Below are positions 15,049-24,778 of a stretch of 25,830 nt of DNA, in pieces. This DNA comes from a virus. Taxonomy: Duplodnaviria; Caudoviricetes. Within the stretch, counting starts at the first letter, position 1; each line of letters opens with the position of its first letter. Under the pieces are notes generated by a model that was given only the letters and a program-made list of their open reading frames with translations, made no database searches and was not told the origin of the DNA. The translations under genes and the position numbers were made by a program. The stretch is from IMG/VR virus record IMGVR_UViG_3300025375_000020, positions 1 through 25,830 of that record. One strand, written 5' to 3'.

Positions 15049-17457
15049 TTATGTACTCCATTCTGCTGTTAGTCTTGATGATCCATCTTCCATGAGTAGG
15101 AAATCAAAACCATTTTCTGTGTTAAAATATGAATATGACGGTGCTGTAAGTGCAAAGAGAGTAGAAGAATTAGATGCTTTAGGATAGTATCTAAAATATT
15201 TAATCGTTCCATTAAGTGTTCTACCCGGATTTACTGCAGAGTCACCAATAACCAATTCTGTCATATTAGTGATAGCGTAATTGGTGTTAGAATTAAAATC
15301 TGGTAATGAATTATTTATAGACGCATATAATGTGTTAGCAGTATATGAGAATGCGTCCTTTTCATTCAATGAAGTGGGTGTTGATGTTTGTATAAATGAA
15401 TTACCTATTTCAAATGGTGTATATCGTGGATTAGGCTCGTAAGAAGTGGCAGTTGAGCCTAATTCTACTTGTGCGCCCCAAACATAAATCCCAGAAACAC
15501 CATCACCTGTGTAATTTCCATTATTACCAATAGTAACTCCTATAATTACATTTCCCCATGATTGTGTTGGTGATGTTATTGTGCATCTATACCAACCATT
15601 GCCAACGGGAGTTATTGTTGGTAATGTCCAATTAGACCCCAATTGATTAACAACTCCAGCATTTAAATCAAAAATACAATTTCCATTGGGAACATTTGAT
15701 ATCAATAATGCCTTTCGTTCAGCTTGTTTTGCGTATATACTAAACGTGCTTATTGAATTATCTGTAAATGATTGAGTTAGTGTGTGGTAACCTGTAGCTG
15801 ATGTTTCAGTTAGGTGTTGGGCATACGATGAACCATCTGGTGCTAATACTGCAGTTTGTGTTGCATTACAATTTGCCCCTACCCATACAGATTTAGTGAA
15901 ATCAGCACTATAAGTCAACAAATTCTTAACATTACTTATAATAGCATTCCTAGACCGCATAACAGTAGTTCCATTATCAATAGAAAACACTGTCTGATTA
16001 GTATTGGCTGCTATCAAACTTCTTTCAACAAAAATAGTACCTTCACTCTGATTATAAAAATTAGAAAAGTTTGTACCATTAACAATAACAGAATCCGCCG
16101 CTCTTGTTACTGTGGAAGATGTTGTAGGAATATATGATGTGGCGGTTGATCCTAATTCTTGTTGAGCGCCGTAAAATATAGCATCAACTCCAATTCCATT
16201 GCCATACATAATATTTGGAGCGACTGAACCAAAACCAGTAGCAGTGTATGTTAAAGATACTTTCCATATACCATTACCAAGACTTGTTACTATTGGTGGG
16301 ATTGTAAAAACTGCATTTATTCCAGATACTGCACCTGTTGTTAAATTTAAGTTAAAAAGACGATCACCCGAACCAGAAGAAAATGCTTGCGTTCCTACGC
16401 CAAACTGCATAAACTTATTATACCCACCATTATCTTTAACATACCAAGTTGCTGTATATGTTGTTCCGGGAACAAATGTAATTAATTGATATACTCCAGA
16501 ATAATATGTTGAAGACTGAAATCTCTGTGCAGTAAATGATCCATCCATTGCAACTGTATAATTTGAAGATACAATTGGACTTGAATTTTTAGACCAAGCT
16601 GCATTAGTCAAGTCTCCACTATAAGTCAATAAATTCGTACTTTGCTGCTCAATCAACAGTCCCAAAGGCTTTCTAGACAATGGATCATATGAAAATCTAG
16701 GAACATTTGCAGGTGCTATAATTAACTGTGGAATATAGTTTGTGATAGTCTGTGCGACTGTTTGGGTGTATGGCCCCATAGTAGAACGAGTTTCTAATTG
16801 CGCCCCCCAAAATTGAACAGAACCTGCACTCGTTCCACTATCATTTTCCATGCCAACTGCACAAGCTACTAAGTTTGAAGTAAAGGTAAATGAATATCTA
16901 GTCCATGTGGATGTGGTTGTAATATCTGATGATGCTGCCTGTGGTGATCCATAGTATCTGAATTTAAACTTTTTCCCAACAGTAGATTTAGCGTATACAG
17001 ATAGCGTATACACATATCCAATTGGAATAGCCAATGATTGATATGTTCCGGATATTTGTCCAGAGGTAAAGGCTATATTAGTCCCTGTCAATGTACCATC
17101 CGGTGCCATAACATTATTCGAAGACACGGTAGACCCAGCAAAAGTTGACCAAATAGAGCCAATAACTTGCCCTCCAACAAAATTGCTATACAATATCAAA
17201 TTCTGTTCAGCCAACGCCACAGTCTTACCATCATAATAAGTTCCTGTAGAGGCTCTATTAAAATTTATTCTAGGGTCTAATTTACCCTTAGTGAAGTCTA
17301 AGTTTAATGATGGATAAACATTACCTCTATATCCAGTCTGATCTAGTTTACCTGTATTAAGATTGACAATATTAGAATCTAACTGTGCAATAGAAAGTGT
17401 TGAATTCTGATTATTAGCATTAGGAGCCGTTGTCTGACGAGTTACTATTGTTGTCAT
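15049..17457 (-). CDS. Modular fibre/spike-like protein paralog B (three repeat modules)
   Basis: Same framework motifs; three NL..YS...GAQ.E modules. Confidence 0.65.
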   Translation of the reverse strand: MTTIVTRQTTAPNANNQNSTLSIAQLDSNIVNLNTGKLDQTGYRGNVYPSLNLDFTKGKLDPRINFNRASTGTYYDGKTVALAEQNLILYSNFVGGQVIGSIWSTFAGSTVSSNNVMAPDGTLTGTNIAFTSGQISGTYQSLAIPIGYVYTLSVYAKSTVGKKFKFRYYGSPQAASSDITTTSTWTRYSFTFTSNLVACAVGMENDSGTSAGSVQFWGAQLETRSTMGPYTQTVAQTITNYIPQLIIAPANVPRFSYDPLSRKPLGLLIEQQSTNLLTYSGDLTNAAWSKNSSPIVSSNYTVAMDGSFTAQRFQSSTYYSGVYQLITFVPGTTYTATWYVKDNGGYNKFMQFGVGTQAFSSGSGDRLFNLNLTTGAVSGINAVFTIPPIVTSLGNGIWKVSLTYTATGFGSVAPNIMYGNGIGVDAIFYGAQQELGSTATSYIPTTSSTVTRAADSVIVNGTNFSNFYNQSEGTIFVERSLIAANTNQTVFSIDNGTTVMRSRNAIISNVKNLLTYSADFTKSVWVGANCNATQTAVLAPDGSSYAQHLTETSATGYHTLTQSFTDNSISTFSIYAKQAERKALLISNVPNGNCIFDLNAGVVNQLGSNWTLPTITPVGNGWYRCTITSPTQSWGNVIIGVTIGNNGNYTGDGVSGIYVWGAQVELGSTATSYEPNPRYTPFEIGNSFIQTSTPTSLNEKDAFSYTANTLYASINNSLPDFNSNTNYAITNMTELVIGDSAVNPGRTLNGTIKYFRYYPKASNSSTLFALTAPSYSYFNTENGFDFLLMEDGSSRLTAEWST

Positions 17458-17458
17458 T

Positions 17459-19882
17459 TTATAATCTTCCTGTCAGATATTGTAGTTGTAACGGTGAAAA
17501 TGCTTGTGGGTAGAATTGTAACTTTCTGATATGTCCGTTTAAGTAATTTCCATATGCCGTATTTCCTATTTGCAACAAGGTAATTCCAGATGGAATAACT
17601 TTTCCAGTTACGACTAACGGTATATATCCTGCCGAAGTTATTGACATTGTAGAACCACCATATGATGCACCAAGTTTTGCTATAGTTCCATTTTTAAATG
17701 ATGCACCTTGCCCACCATTAATTTGATTTGCTGCTGGTGTTATTATTGATATATTAACGCCATATGTAAGTGGATTAGGATTTAAAAATCCTATTATTAG
17801 ATTCGCACCATATCCATCATTTACTGAAAATAATGTTGGATATCTTGATACTGATTGTTCTAGAGTATCTGCCTCAGAATAAAATGTACCTTGAGTATTA
17901 TTATACCAATTATTAAAAAGGTTTCCTGTTATTGAAGCATAATCAACTGCTCTTGTTACTGTTGAAGATGATGTTGTTGCAATAGGGGATGATGCAAATT
18001 GACCAACTTCAAGTTGAGTATAATCTACCAAAATTCCTTTTGTAGAATCTCCCATGTACGGACTATCATGCGCAGAAAACCCATCCCACAGATACAGCCT
18101 ACATTGTGCAGTAATTGCAGAAGCACCATTCGTTGAAGTAATTTGTACTCTAAACCAACCATTACCAATTTTAGTTGTTGATGCTACTGTTCCTGTTCCA
18201 CCAGTATTTGTAACTGAACTAACAGTACCTGTCAACAAGTCAACAAAACAATATCCACCATTATTACCTGCGCCATCATTGATCCACACTTCTATTTTAT
18301 TTCTACCGGCAGATTTTACAAAAAAACTAAAGGTGTATGCTGAATTTGCTGGTATGTTTGTTTGCCCATACGCCCAAGTTCTATGTGCACTAAATGTATT
18401 AGATTCTGTTAGTAGACATGCTCCGGATATTGATCCATCAACTCCTATTTGATTTTTTATTACTATACTACCTGCTGGAGTCCAATTTATATTAGTCAAG
18501 TCTCTACTATAAAAAAGTAAATTCGTCCTATTCTCTTCAATCAACAACCCTTTACATACACCCGATATAGGATCATAATCAAATCTAGGAACATTAGCCT
18601 GTGCTGTCATCAACTGTGGCATATAGTTAGAAACAGAAGTTCCCGTTGTAGGAGTATATGCAGTGACAGATGATCTTTGTTCAAACTGGGCGCCATAGAT
18701 GTAAATGCCCATAGTAAGATCACCAGTAAAAATAGGGGCAATCGAACCAGATGATAAAAACTGTCCTATAACAGAATATGAAACACTTGAGATGGTTCTA
18801 GATGTTGATGTGGCTGTACATCTATACCAACCATTACCTACAGAAGTAATAGTGCCAGAAGACCAACCAGAGCCGAGAGAAGAAGCCACACCATTAACAA
18901 GATCAAAATGTACCCAACCAGTAGAAGCAGAAGTAGAATCGGATATTGAAAGTGCATTATACTCACCTGCTTTTGCATATATTGATGCAGTATAAACACC
19001 ATTGTTAGCTATATTGTAAGTAATATTATGATTGCTTGTTGTGGTATCTGGTACTATCTTATATGCTGATGATCCTCCAAGTGGATCAATATTTTGATTT
19101 GAATATATCGTACACTGGTTTTGAGTCCAATAGGTGGAAGATTGTTCTATTGGTACTATAGAAATATTAGTTAGAGTTGCATTGGAATTAATACTAGAAC
19201 CCCAAAATCCAAGTTGACTACTATTAGCTTGCACAATAAAAGAATAACTTCCGGGATAATAACCACCTGAAAAATTATAACTACTATTTAAGATTAGCAA
19301 ATATGCAACCAAACCAGATAAAACAGTGAACGTAACTTTATAGTAATTTCCAATAATAATATTTTTAACATTTTGAAATACTAGTTGATTTGATGAACCA
19401 GATGAGGTTGCTGATATTGCCCCCGGAGTCCATGTTGCAGTAGCCCCACCATATAAACTCCACCCAGAGATGTCATTAGAAAACGTTCCATTATTAACCA
19501 AATTACCACCAACCACAGCACCGAAACTATTAGAATATGCAAAAAGGTTTTGCTCCATCAAAGCTAGTGTCTTACCATCATAATATGTTCCTGTTGACGC
19601 TCTATAGAAAGTTATTCTAGGATCAAGTACATTATTATTAACAAAATCAAGATTAAGCGTAGGATAAACATCAATAATGGTTGGCGTATCTTCTACCATC
19701 CAATTGTTGATATTAATAAAGTTTTGATCTAATTGGTTATTAGATAATGGTGTTCCATATGTAGTTCTATCATACACATCATAGTTGGATGGTAGAGAAA
19801 GATAAGAAGCATTAGAAGTGTTTGCCGATGTTCCTAAAACACTTGATATTGCAATGGATGATAATGGTGATTTTCCGAGCAT
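17459..19882 (-). CDS. Modular fibre/spike-like protein paralog C
   Basis: Same framework; extra NLVNNGTFSNDISGW CBM-like domain nested in the first module. Confidence 0.65.
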   Translation of the reverse strand: MLGKSPLSSIAISSVLGTSANTSNASYLSLPSNYDVYDRTTYGTPLSNNQLDQNFININNWMVEDTPTIIDVYPTLNLDFVNNNVLDPRITFYRASTGTYYDGKTLALMEQNLFAYSNSFGAVVGGNLVNNGTFSNDISGWSLYGGATATWTPGAISATSSGSSNQLVFQNVKNIIIGNYYKVTFTVLSGLVAYLLILNSSYNFSGGYYPGSYSFIVQANSSQLGFWGSSINSNATLTNISIVPIEQSSTYWTQNQCTIYSNQNIDPLGGSSAYKIVPDTTTSNHNITYNIANNGVYTASIYAKAGEYNALSISDSTSASTGWVHFDLVNGVASSLGSGWSSGTITSVGNGWYRCTATSTSRTISSVSYSVIGQFLSSGSIAPIFTGDLTMGIYIYGAQFEQRSSVTAYTPTTGTSVSNYMPQLMTAQANVPRFDYDPISGVCKGLLIEENRTNLLFYSRDLTNINWTPAGSIVIKNQIGVDGSISGACLLTESNTFSAHRTWAYGQTNIPANSAYTFSFFVKSAGRNKIEVWINDGAGNNGGYCFVDLLTGTVSSVTNTGGTGTVASTTKIGNGWFRVQITSTNGASAITAQCRLYLWDGFSAHDSPYMGDSTKGILVDYTQLEVGQFASSPIATTSSSTVTRAVDYASITGNLFNNWYNNTQGTFYSEADTLEQSVSRYPTLFSVNDGYGANLIIGFLNPNPLTYGVNISIITPAANQINGGQGASFKNGTIAKLGASYGGSTMSITSAGYIPLVVTGKVIPSGITLLQIGNTAYGNYLNGHIRKLQFYPQAFSPLQLQYLTGRL

Positions 19883-19913
19883 TTATGAATTCTTCTTTAT
19901 ATGGTATTGTTAG

Positions 19914-19921
19914 TATTTATA
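19914..19921 (-). promoter_or_regulatory. T4 late promoter TATAAATA
   Basis: Exact consensus, intergenic, 31 nt upstream of the ATG at 19882. Confidence 0.78.
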
Positions 19922-19938
19922 ACAACCAAGAAAAAGAA

Positions 19939-20160
19939 TTACTCTAACGGAGGCTTATTGAATAGTTTAGCAATAAGATTCCATATACGCTCTACAATAA
20001 ATTCTTCACCCATAATAACTTCGTCTAGTATAAATCCACCCATTGTGCACACCATACAAGCAATGATGAAATAGCTTGAAGAAGAGTTGCCTCCTATGTA
20101 GAGAATAGCAAATGCTGCCAATGCCATGATTATAATTGCAAAGATTAGTATGAGTTGCAT
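19939..20160 (-). CDS. Small membrane protein (two predicted transmembrane helices)
   Basis: Hydrophobic stretches LILIFAIIIMALAAFAILYI and YFIIACMVCTMGGFIL, then an amphipathic tail. Confidence 0.6.
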   Translation of the reverse strand: MQLILIFAIIIMALAAFAILYIGGNSSSSYFIIACMVCTMGGFILDEVIMGEEFIVERIWNLIAKLFNKPPLE

Positions 20161-20163
20161 TTT

Positions 20164-22305
20164 TTATGTTGTTAGTAATTGTAAATTTTGTATAGCTGTA
20201 TTATAATATGTAAATTTACGGAAATGCCCGTTCAAAAACAAAGAGCCATTACTATAAGCCCCTAAGATTAACCATGATGGAATTTGTGGTATTGCTTGAT
20301 TTGTATCAGTCCCCACCGTTCCGCCATTATTTACAATAGACCGCCCCATGACCGATTGTGAAATAGCAAATTTGTTTATTGGATTATATGCACCAGAGCA
20401 AATTAATGAATTTGTGTTATTCCACTGTGATGCCCCTCCAGCTATCGGAATACTCATTCCCGGTCCTGTGTCTACACTAAACACATAAGCTCCATTTTTT
20501 AAGAACGCATCCACTTCAAACATCATAGAAAATGTGGATTGATTCCACCAATTGCTAAAATTTTGACCATACATTGCGACAAAATCCGCTGCTCTTGTTG
20601 ATGTTGATGTAGTTGTTGGTATGTATGATGTTGGAAATGATCCTGCTTCCACTTGACAACCCCAAAAAGTTGCAGAGGCAGCGCCTGAAGCTACTACATA
20701 ACTCAATACGGCCACAGAGGTGGCACCTGCCATAGTTGTGGCTGTTAACCAAATGCGATACCAACCATTATTTAAATATTGATATCCAGTGGTAACAGTT
20801 CCGCCACCTATATTAAACGTCAAAGTATCTAAATTAAAATCTGCAAATGCACCCGCTCCACCAACCCATACAGAACCTCCAGTATCAGACCCAATACGCA
20901 CGGAAGTTCCAGTACCGCTCACCTTCTTAACATATCTACTAAATGTATATGTGGTCGATCCAGTTACATTAACGAACTGAAAGTATCCCGCACCTGACCC
21001 CGTTGCAGTTGTTAATGTGTATGCATTAGTCCCGCCATCTGGGGAAATTGCTGCGATTGGAGAAGGTGCGCCATTAACCGACCAAGGTGTCGTTGTCAAA
21101 TTTTGGCTTTGTAGACATAAATTAGTCCGAGACTCTTCAATCAACAATCCTTTAGATGGGAATACTACTTCTTGGACGGAGATGTTGGAGACAACTATTG
21201 TGGAGGATGTGCTGAAAGGCCAGATGGAAAATCTTGTGTAAGTCGCAGAAGTCAGATTGACATAAATAGTGTTTGACCCCACAGACAATGTAGATTGTTG
21301 TTGAACTAGGGATAGCCCAGAATCACCAAATCCGCATCGTGCACTACCTGAGACAACGGTAACTGTGACTTTGTATGTTTTTCCTAAAACGAGTGTGGGG
21401 GAATTCTGGGTGTAAAAAGCATCCGTAGTGTTCCTGACAATAGTCGTATTCCCACCCAACGTGGAGAATGCCCCATCACTAGAACCAAGACTTAAAGCGT
21501 TCAGAGTGAACGACCCACTGGGAGTCAACTCCACCCCGGTAGTCCCCGCAGGAGTAGATGAATCATAATCAAAGCGTGGTCCAGTAGGATTTGAATATGA
21601 TGTAGCTGATGCGCCAAGTTCTAATTGTGCGTTCGACGCCGTTACTACTATTGCTTGATTATTATCAGCCACCCGCAAATCTATAACACCTCCACTTTGT
21701 GTGAGTGTTCTAGTAACAGAATATCTAGTTGGTGTTGTTGTCAATGTTATAAGCAACTTTGTTATCGGAAATGTTCCAGTATCTTCGGAAATTGCCAAAT
21801 AACATTGTGTTCCCGGAACCCCACTTAATGTTATACTTCCTGTATATGTTTGCCCAGATAATGCACCGGATATTTGCTTATAACAATATGTTCCATATCC
21901 AGTACCCAATGTTATACTATTGGTAGTTGCTGAGGCAGAAGAAAATGTCCACTTGGAAAAATCATTACTATATGTAAATAAATTTTGTGATATTACCATC
22001 AATCCATCCGACCCAAAATAAGTCCCAGAAGATGCTCTAGAAAATGTAATATGATCCATACAACCACCCAGACCATATCCCTGAACATAACCTTGCTGGA
22101 CGATAAAATCTAAGTCTAACTTTGCCGAACCGTGTGGGAATATACCAGTTGTCCAATTAGGAACATTGAATCTATTACTTTTTGAAACTATGCTATTAAT
22201 TCCCCTATTACTCAGAGAATCAAACCCGAGCTTAGTAGAGTTTCCTGTTAAAGAATTATGAAGCCCCATGTAAGATGGGAGATTTACGCCTAGTTTCTCT
22301 GACAT
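20164..22305 (-). CDS. Modular fibre/spike-like protein paralog D
   Basis: LDLDF, ITFSRASSGTY, PRFDYD, GLLIEESRTNL, SYIPTT..TRAAD and LNGHFRKFTYY motifs; carries an inserted domain of about 135 aa. Confidence 0.65.
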   Translation of the reverse strand: MSEKLGVNLPSYMGLHNSLTGNSTKLGFDSLSNRGINSIVSKSNRFNVPNWTTGIFPHGSAKLDLDFIVQQGYVQGYGLGGCMDHITFSRASSGTYFGSDGLMVISQNLFTYSNDFSKWTFSSASATTNSITLGTGYGTYCYKQISGALSGQTYTGSITLSGVPGTQCYLAISEDTGTFPITKLLITLTTTPTRYSVTRTLTQSGGVIDLRVADNNQAIVVTASNAQLELGASATSYSNPTGPRFDYDSSTPAGTTGVELTPSGSFTLNALSLGSSDGAFSTLGGNTTIVRNTTDAFYTQNSPTLVLGKTYKVTVTVVSGSARCGFGDSGLSLVQQQSTLSVGSNTIYVNLTSATYTRFSIWPFSTSSTIVVSNISVQEVVFPSKGLLIEESRTNLCLQSQNLTTTPWSVNGAPSPIAAISPDGGTNAYTLTTATGSGAGYFQFVNVTGSTTYTFSRYVKKVSGTGTSVRIGSDTGGSVWVGGAGAFADFNLDTLTFNIGGGTVTTGYQYLNNGWYRIWLTATTMAGATSVAVLSYVVASGAASATFWGCQVEAGSFPTSYIPTTTSTSTRAADFVAMYGQNFSNWWNQSTFSMMFEVDAFLKNGAYVFSVDTGPGMSIPIAGGASQWNNTNSLICSGAYNPINKFAISQSVMGRSIVNNGGTVGTDTNQAIPQIPSWLILGAYSNGSLFLNGHFRKFTYYNTAIQNLQLLTT

Positions 22306-22308
22306 ATT

Positions 22309-22995
22309 TTAGTATTCTTCAACCATTGCTTGAACAAAAATATTTGTAGAAGCAGTAACAGTAGGAACAGATACTTTAACGATAGTACCAGCTTTAAGTG
22401 GCAATACGCGCTTACCATTTGCGTCATATGGTAACGATGGTAATAATGTTCCACCAAGCAAATCAATAGATGCCAATGCACCAGTATTACCAGAACCAGC
22501 CGGGACAGATACAGCACCAACCAGCTTATCACCACCAGTACCAGTATTTATCCATATTGATAGTGTTCTTGCAACAGAATCAGTGGATGATACGTTAATA
22601 GCTTTAACTACTGCATCATTACCTGCCGCAGTATACAGAGTATTGAGTAAACCTGTTACAAAAGTAAATGTTGCACTAGATGTTCCAGAATCAACGTTTG
22701 CTGAATTTGGAGTTGGTGGTACATTGAGGTAGAATGATCCTACGTTAGTTACCACAGGAATGCTTATAACCGTATTTGATGCTCCACCAACTGTTGCTGT
22801 CCATGTTGCATTAGTGATGACACTTGCTGCAGTGATGGTTGATACGTTGGCTGTAAATGTTCTAGAACCGGGTGTTAAACCTGTTCCTACGGCAGTTGTA
22901 GCAACAGAAATAACGCTAATAGGACTAGAAATATCAAATGTAGTCTGTACAGTGTTTAACGTTTGAGAAAAGTTTAATAATTGACTTTTTGCCAT
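22309..22995 (-). CDS. Hypothetical virion structural protein (Thr/Ser/Val-rich, beta-sandwich-like)
   Basis: Composition; TLYTA...VVKAINVS...LPLKAG motif; tight packing in the structural cluster. Confidence 0.5.
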   Translation of the reverse strand: MAKSQLLNFSQTLNTVQTTFDISSPISVISVATTAVGTGLTPGSRTFTANVSTITAASVITNATWTATVGGASNTVISIPVVTNVGSFYLNVPPTPNSANVDSGTSSATFTFVTGLLNTLYTAAGNDAVVKAINVSSTDSVARTLSIWINTGTGGDKLVGAVSVPAGSGNTGALASIDLLGGTLLPSLPYDANGKRVLPLKAGTIVKVSVPTVTASTNIFVQAMVEEY

Positions 22996-22998
22996 TTT

Positions 22999-23439
22999 TT
23001 ATAGTCCTACTAAAAGAAGGTTAACCATTGAATTTAAATTGGTAGAATTTATTGTTCCGCCATTAAGTGTGGGTGTTGTTAGTACAGAATTTGTCAAAGT
23101 TGGTCCAGTGTTACCTGCAGCATCAGAGTATAAAACTTTAGATGCTGGAATATCACAGAATACACTCTTTGTTCCTGTAGAGAAGTTTACTAATGCCCCG
23201 GCATTTGATGATGAATACACCGTAGTTCTCGATAACAATGCTCCAGTAGCATCAAGTGTACCAAGACCAATTTCCCACTCAGTAAGACCGGCATTAGCTA
23301 CAGAGTAAAATGTAGTATTGTTTACACCGATACCCGCAAGAAAAGACCTATAACCAAGCTGCGCACCAGCAAGTGTCAGTGTACCAGTGCCTGTGGTGAC
23401 GGTCGTTTCGAATACTCTGTCAGCTAATATTAGAGCCAT
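22999..23439 (-). CDS. Hypothetical virion structural protein
   Basis: MALILADRVFETT.TTGTGTLTL...EWEIGLGT...LSRTTV.SSSN...VNF..GTK.VFCD.PA resembles a widespread phage structural N-terminal domain. Confidence 0.55.
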   Translation of the reverse strand: MALILADRVFETTVTTGTGTLTLAGAQLGYRSFLAGIGVNNTTFYSVANAGLTEWEIGLGTLDATGALLSRTTVYSSSNAGALVNFSTGTKSVFCDIPASKVLYSDAAGNTGPTLTNSVLTTPTLNGGTINSTNLNSMVNLLLVGL

Positions 23440-23469
23440 TTATTATCCTGTTATAAGGTTACTGTAAGT

Positions 23470-23931
23470 TTATGGTAAGGTCACCTGCCAAGTTACTGAC
23501 ATTGTATCGCCAGCACCTTTAGTAACCAGACCAAAAGTGGTTCTAGCAAGCATGGTACCAGCAGAAACCGCATTAAGAATAGCAGCCTCAGTCACAGAAC
23601 CTGTGCCAGTACCTGCAGGGAATGTTCCAACATATGTAATGGTATTGGATGTAACGACACCACCAGCGGTCACTAGGGCCACTCTACCAAGCTCTTGGAA
23701 CAGTGCAGTATCGGTCACAGCAGCCACTTGAGTATTTGCCCCAATAGCCATATAAGTCATGATTGTCGAACCACCAGAAATACCAGTATCAGTAAGTCTA
23801 GAAGTCATCCAGTTTTTACCAGTCGTCACAACCAGATTCGAAACCGAAATATTTGTCGATTCGATACCTGTTGCGTCATTGGTAACAACAATAGTTAATT
23901 GTCCCTTGGGATTGATTTGATCTACTAACAT
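23470..23931 (-). CDS. Tail-collar/fibre-anchor-like structural protein
   Basis: NLVVTTG, MAIG, DTAL..ELGR, TEAAI.NA and MLAR...K...D...VTW pattern. Confidence 0.55.
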   Translation of the reverse strand: MLVDQINPKGQLTIVVTNDATGIESTNISVSNLVVTTGKNWMTSRLTDTGISGGSTIMTYMAIGANTQVAAVTDTALFQELGRVALVTAGGVVTSNTITYVGTFPAGTGTGSVTEAAILNAVSAGTMLARTTFGLVTKGAGDTMSVTWQVTLP

Positions 23932-23953
23932 TTATATCTCCTTGTGTGTATAA

Positions 23954-24766
23954 TTAGAAAGTACCAGAACTTCCTATAAAATCTGCTGCAAAATAGTAAC
24001 TGTCCACATAGTTATTTATCATTATGGTACCGTTACTTGAATTAGGTTGTGTATCAACCATCGTTCCTCTATTTAGGTTATTCACATATGCATCAGATTG
24101 TGTTTGACTATCCAAATTAACCTTACCGACCGTAAATAACTTACTATCAGATTGTGTTTGACTATCTGAATTATTCTTACCAACTGCATTTGTTCTAATA
24201 TCAGTCTGAGTCTGACTATCTGTATTAGCCACCTTGCCAACGGTAGTTAATCTGATATCAGTCTGTAATTGAGTGTCAGTATTTGATTTTTTACCAACGT
24301 TAGAAACTCTAATATCAGTCTGAGTCTGACTATCTGTATTAGCCGCCTTGCCAACAGTAGTCAAACGAATATCTGTCTGTAATTGGGTATCGGTATTGGC
24401 TAATTTGCCTACGGTTGAAACTCTAATATCAGTCTGAGTCTGACTATCTGTATTAGCCGCCTTGCCCGTAGCCAATAACTTAACATCATTTTGACTTTGT
24501 GTATCAGAAAATGCTCTATTAAAAAGTGACTGTGTTACAATCAAATCATGGAATATGGCAGAATCGGTTAACTTCTTTCCCGTGAGAATAGCATTGATAT
24601 GCTCAAGCTGCAGTTGAACATCAATAGGAATACTTTTTGTTGTTCCAATAGTTGAGATATGATCTAAAGAAGATTGCAGTTCACCAAAGAATTTATTTAA
24701 TCCTTTTTCTTCTAGATATGCAGAAATCTTTGTTGCATATGCTTCATATATTTTTATTTTAAGCAT
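23954..24766 (-). CDS. Tandem-repeat structural protein (19/18-aa GK..N.D.Q.Q.D repeats)
   Basis: Seven clear repeat units plus degenerate flanking units. Confidence 0.7.
   Translation of the reverse strand: MLKIKIYEAYATKISAYLEEKGLNKFFGELQSSLDHISTIGTTKSIPIDVQLQLEHINAILTGKKLTDSAIFHDLIVTQSLFNRAFSDTQSQNDVKLLATGKAANTDSQTQTDIRVSTVGKLANTDTQLQTDIRLTTVGKAANTDSQTQTDIRVSNVGKKSNTDTQLQTDIRLTTVGKVANTDSQTQTDIRTNAVGKNNSDSQTQSDSKLFTVGKVNLDSQTQSDAYVNNLNRGTMVDTQPNSSNGTIMINNYVDSYYFAADFIGSSGTF
24085..24470 (-). repeat. Coding tandem repeat, 57-bp units with a 114-bp higher-order period
   Basis: Identical 37-mer TCTAATATCAGTCTGAGTCTGACTATCTGTATTAGCC at 24194, 24308 and 24422; ATCAGATTGTGTTTGACTATC at 24092 and 24146 (54-bp spacing). 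Confidence 0.9.
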
Positions 24767-24778
24767 TTATACGACAAA

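Noticed and set aside
13313-22305. Diversity-generating retroelement or invertase shufflon acting on the fibre genes
   Set aside because: No reverse transcriptase or recombinase in the window, no adenine-specific TR/VR pair seen, and the shared patches are direct rather than inverted repeats.
12-23898. Numerous plus-strand ORFs of 60-180 aa and short nested minus-strand ORFs in the track
   Set aside because: They are shadows of well-supported minus-strand genes, with no recognisable motifs.
24194-24458. 37-nt direct repeat x3 at regular spacing resembling a mini CRISPR array
   Set aside because: The 77-nt intervening sequences are homologous to each other and to the repeat, the period is a multiple of 3 inside an ORF, and no cas genes are present.
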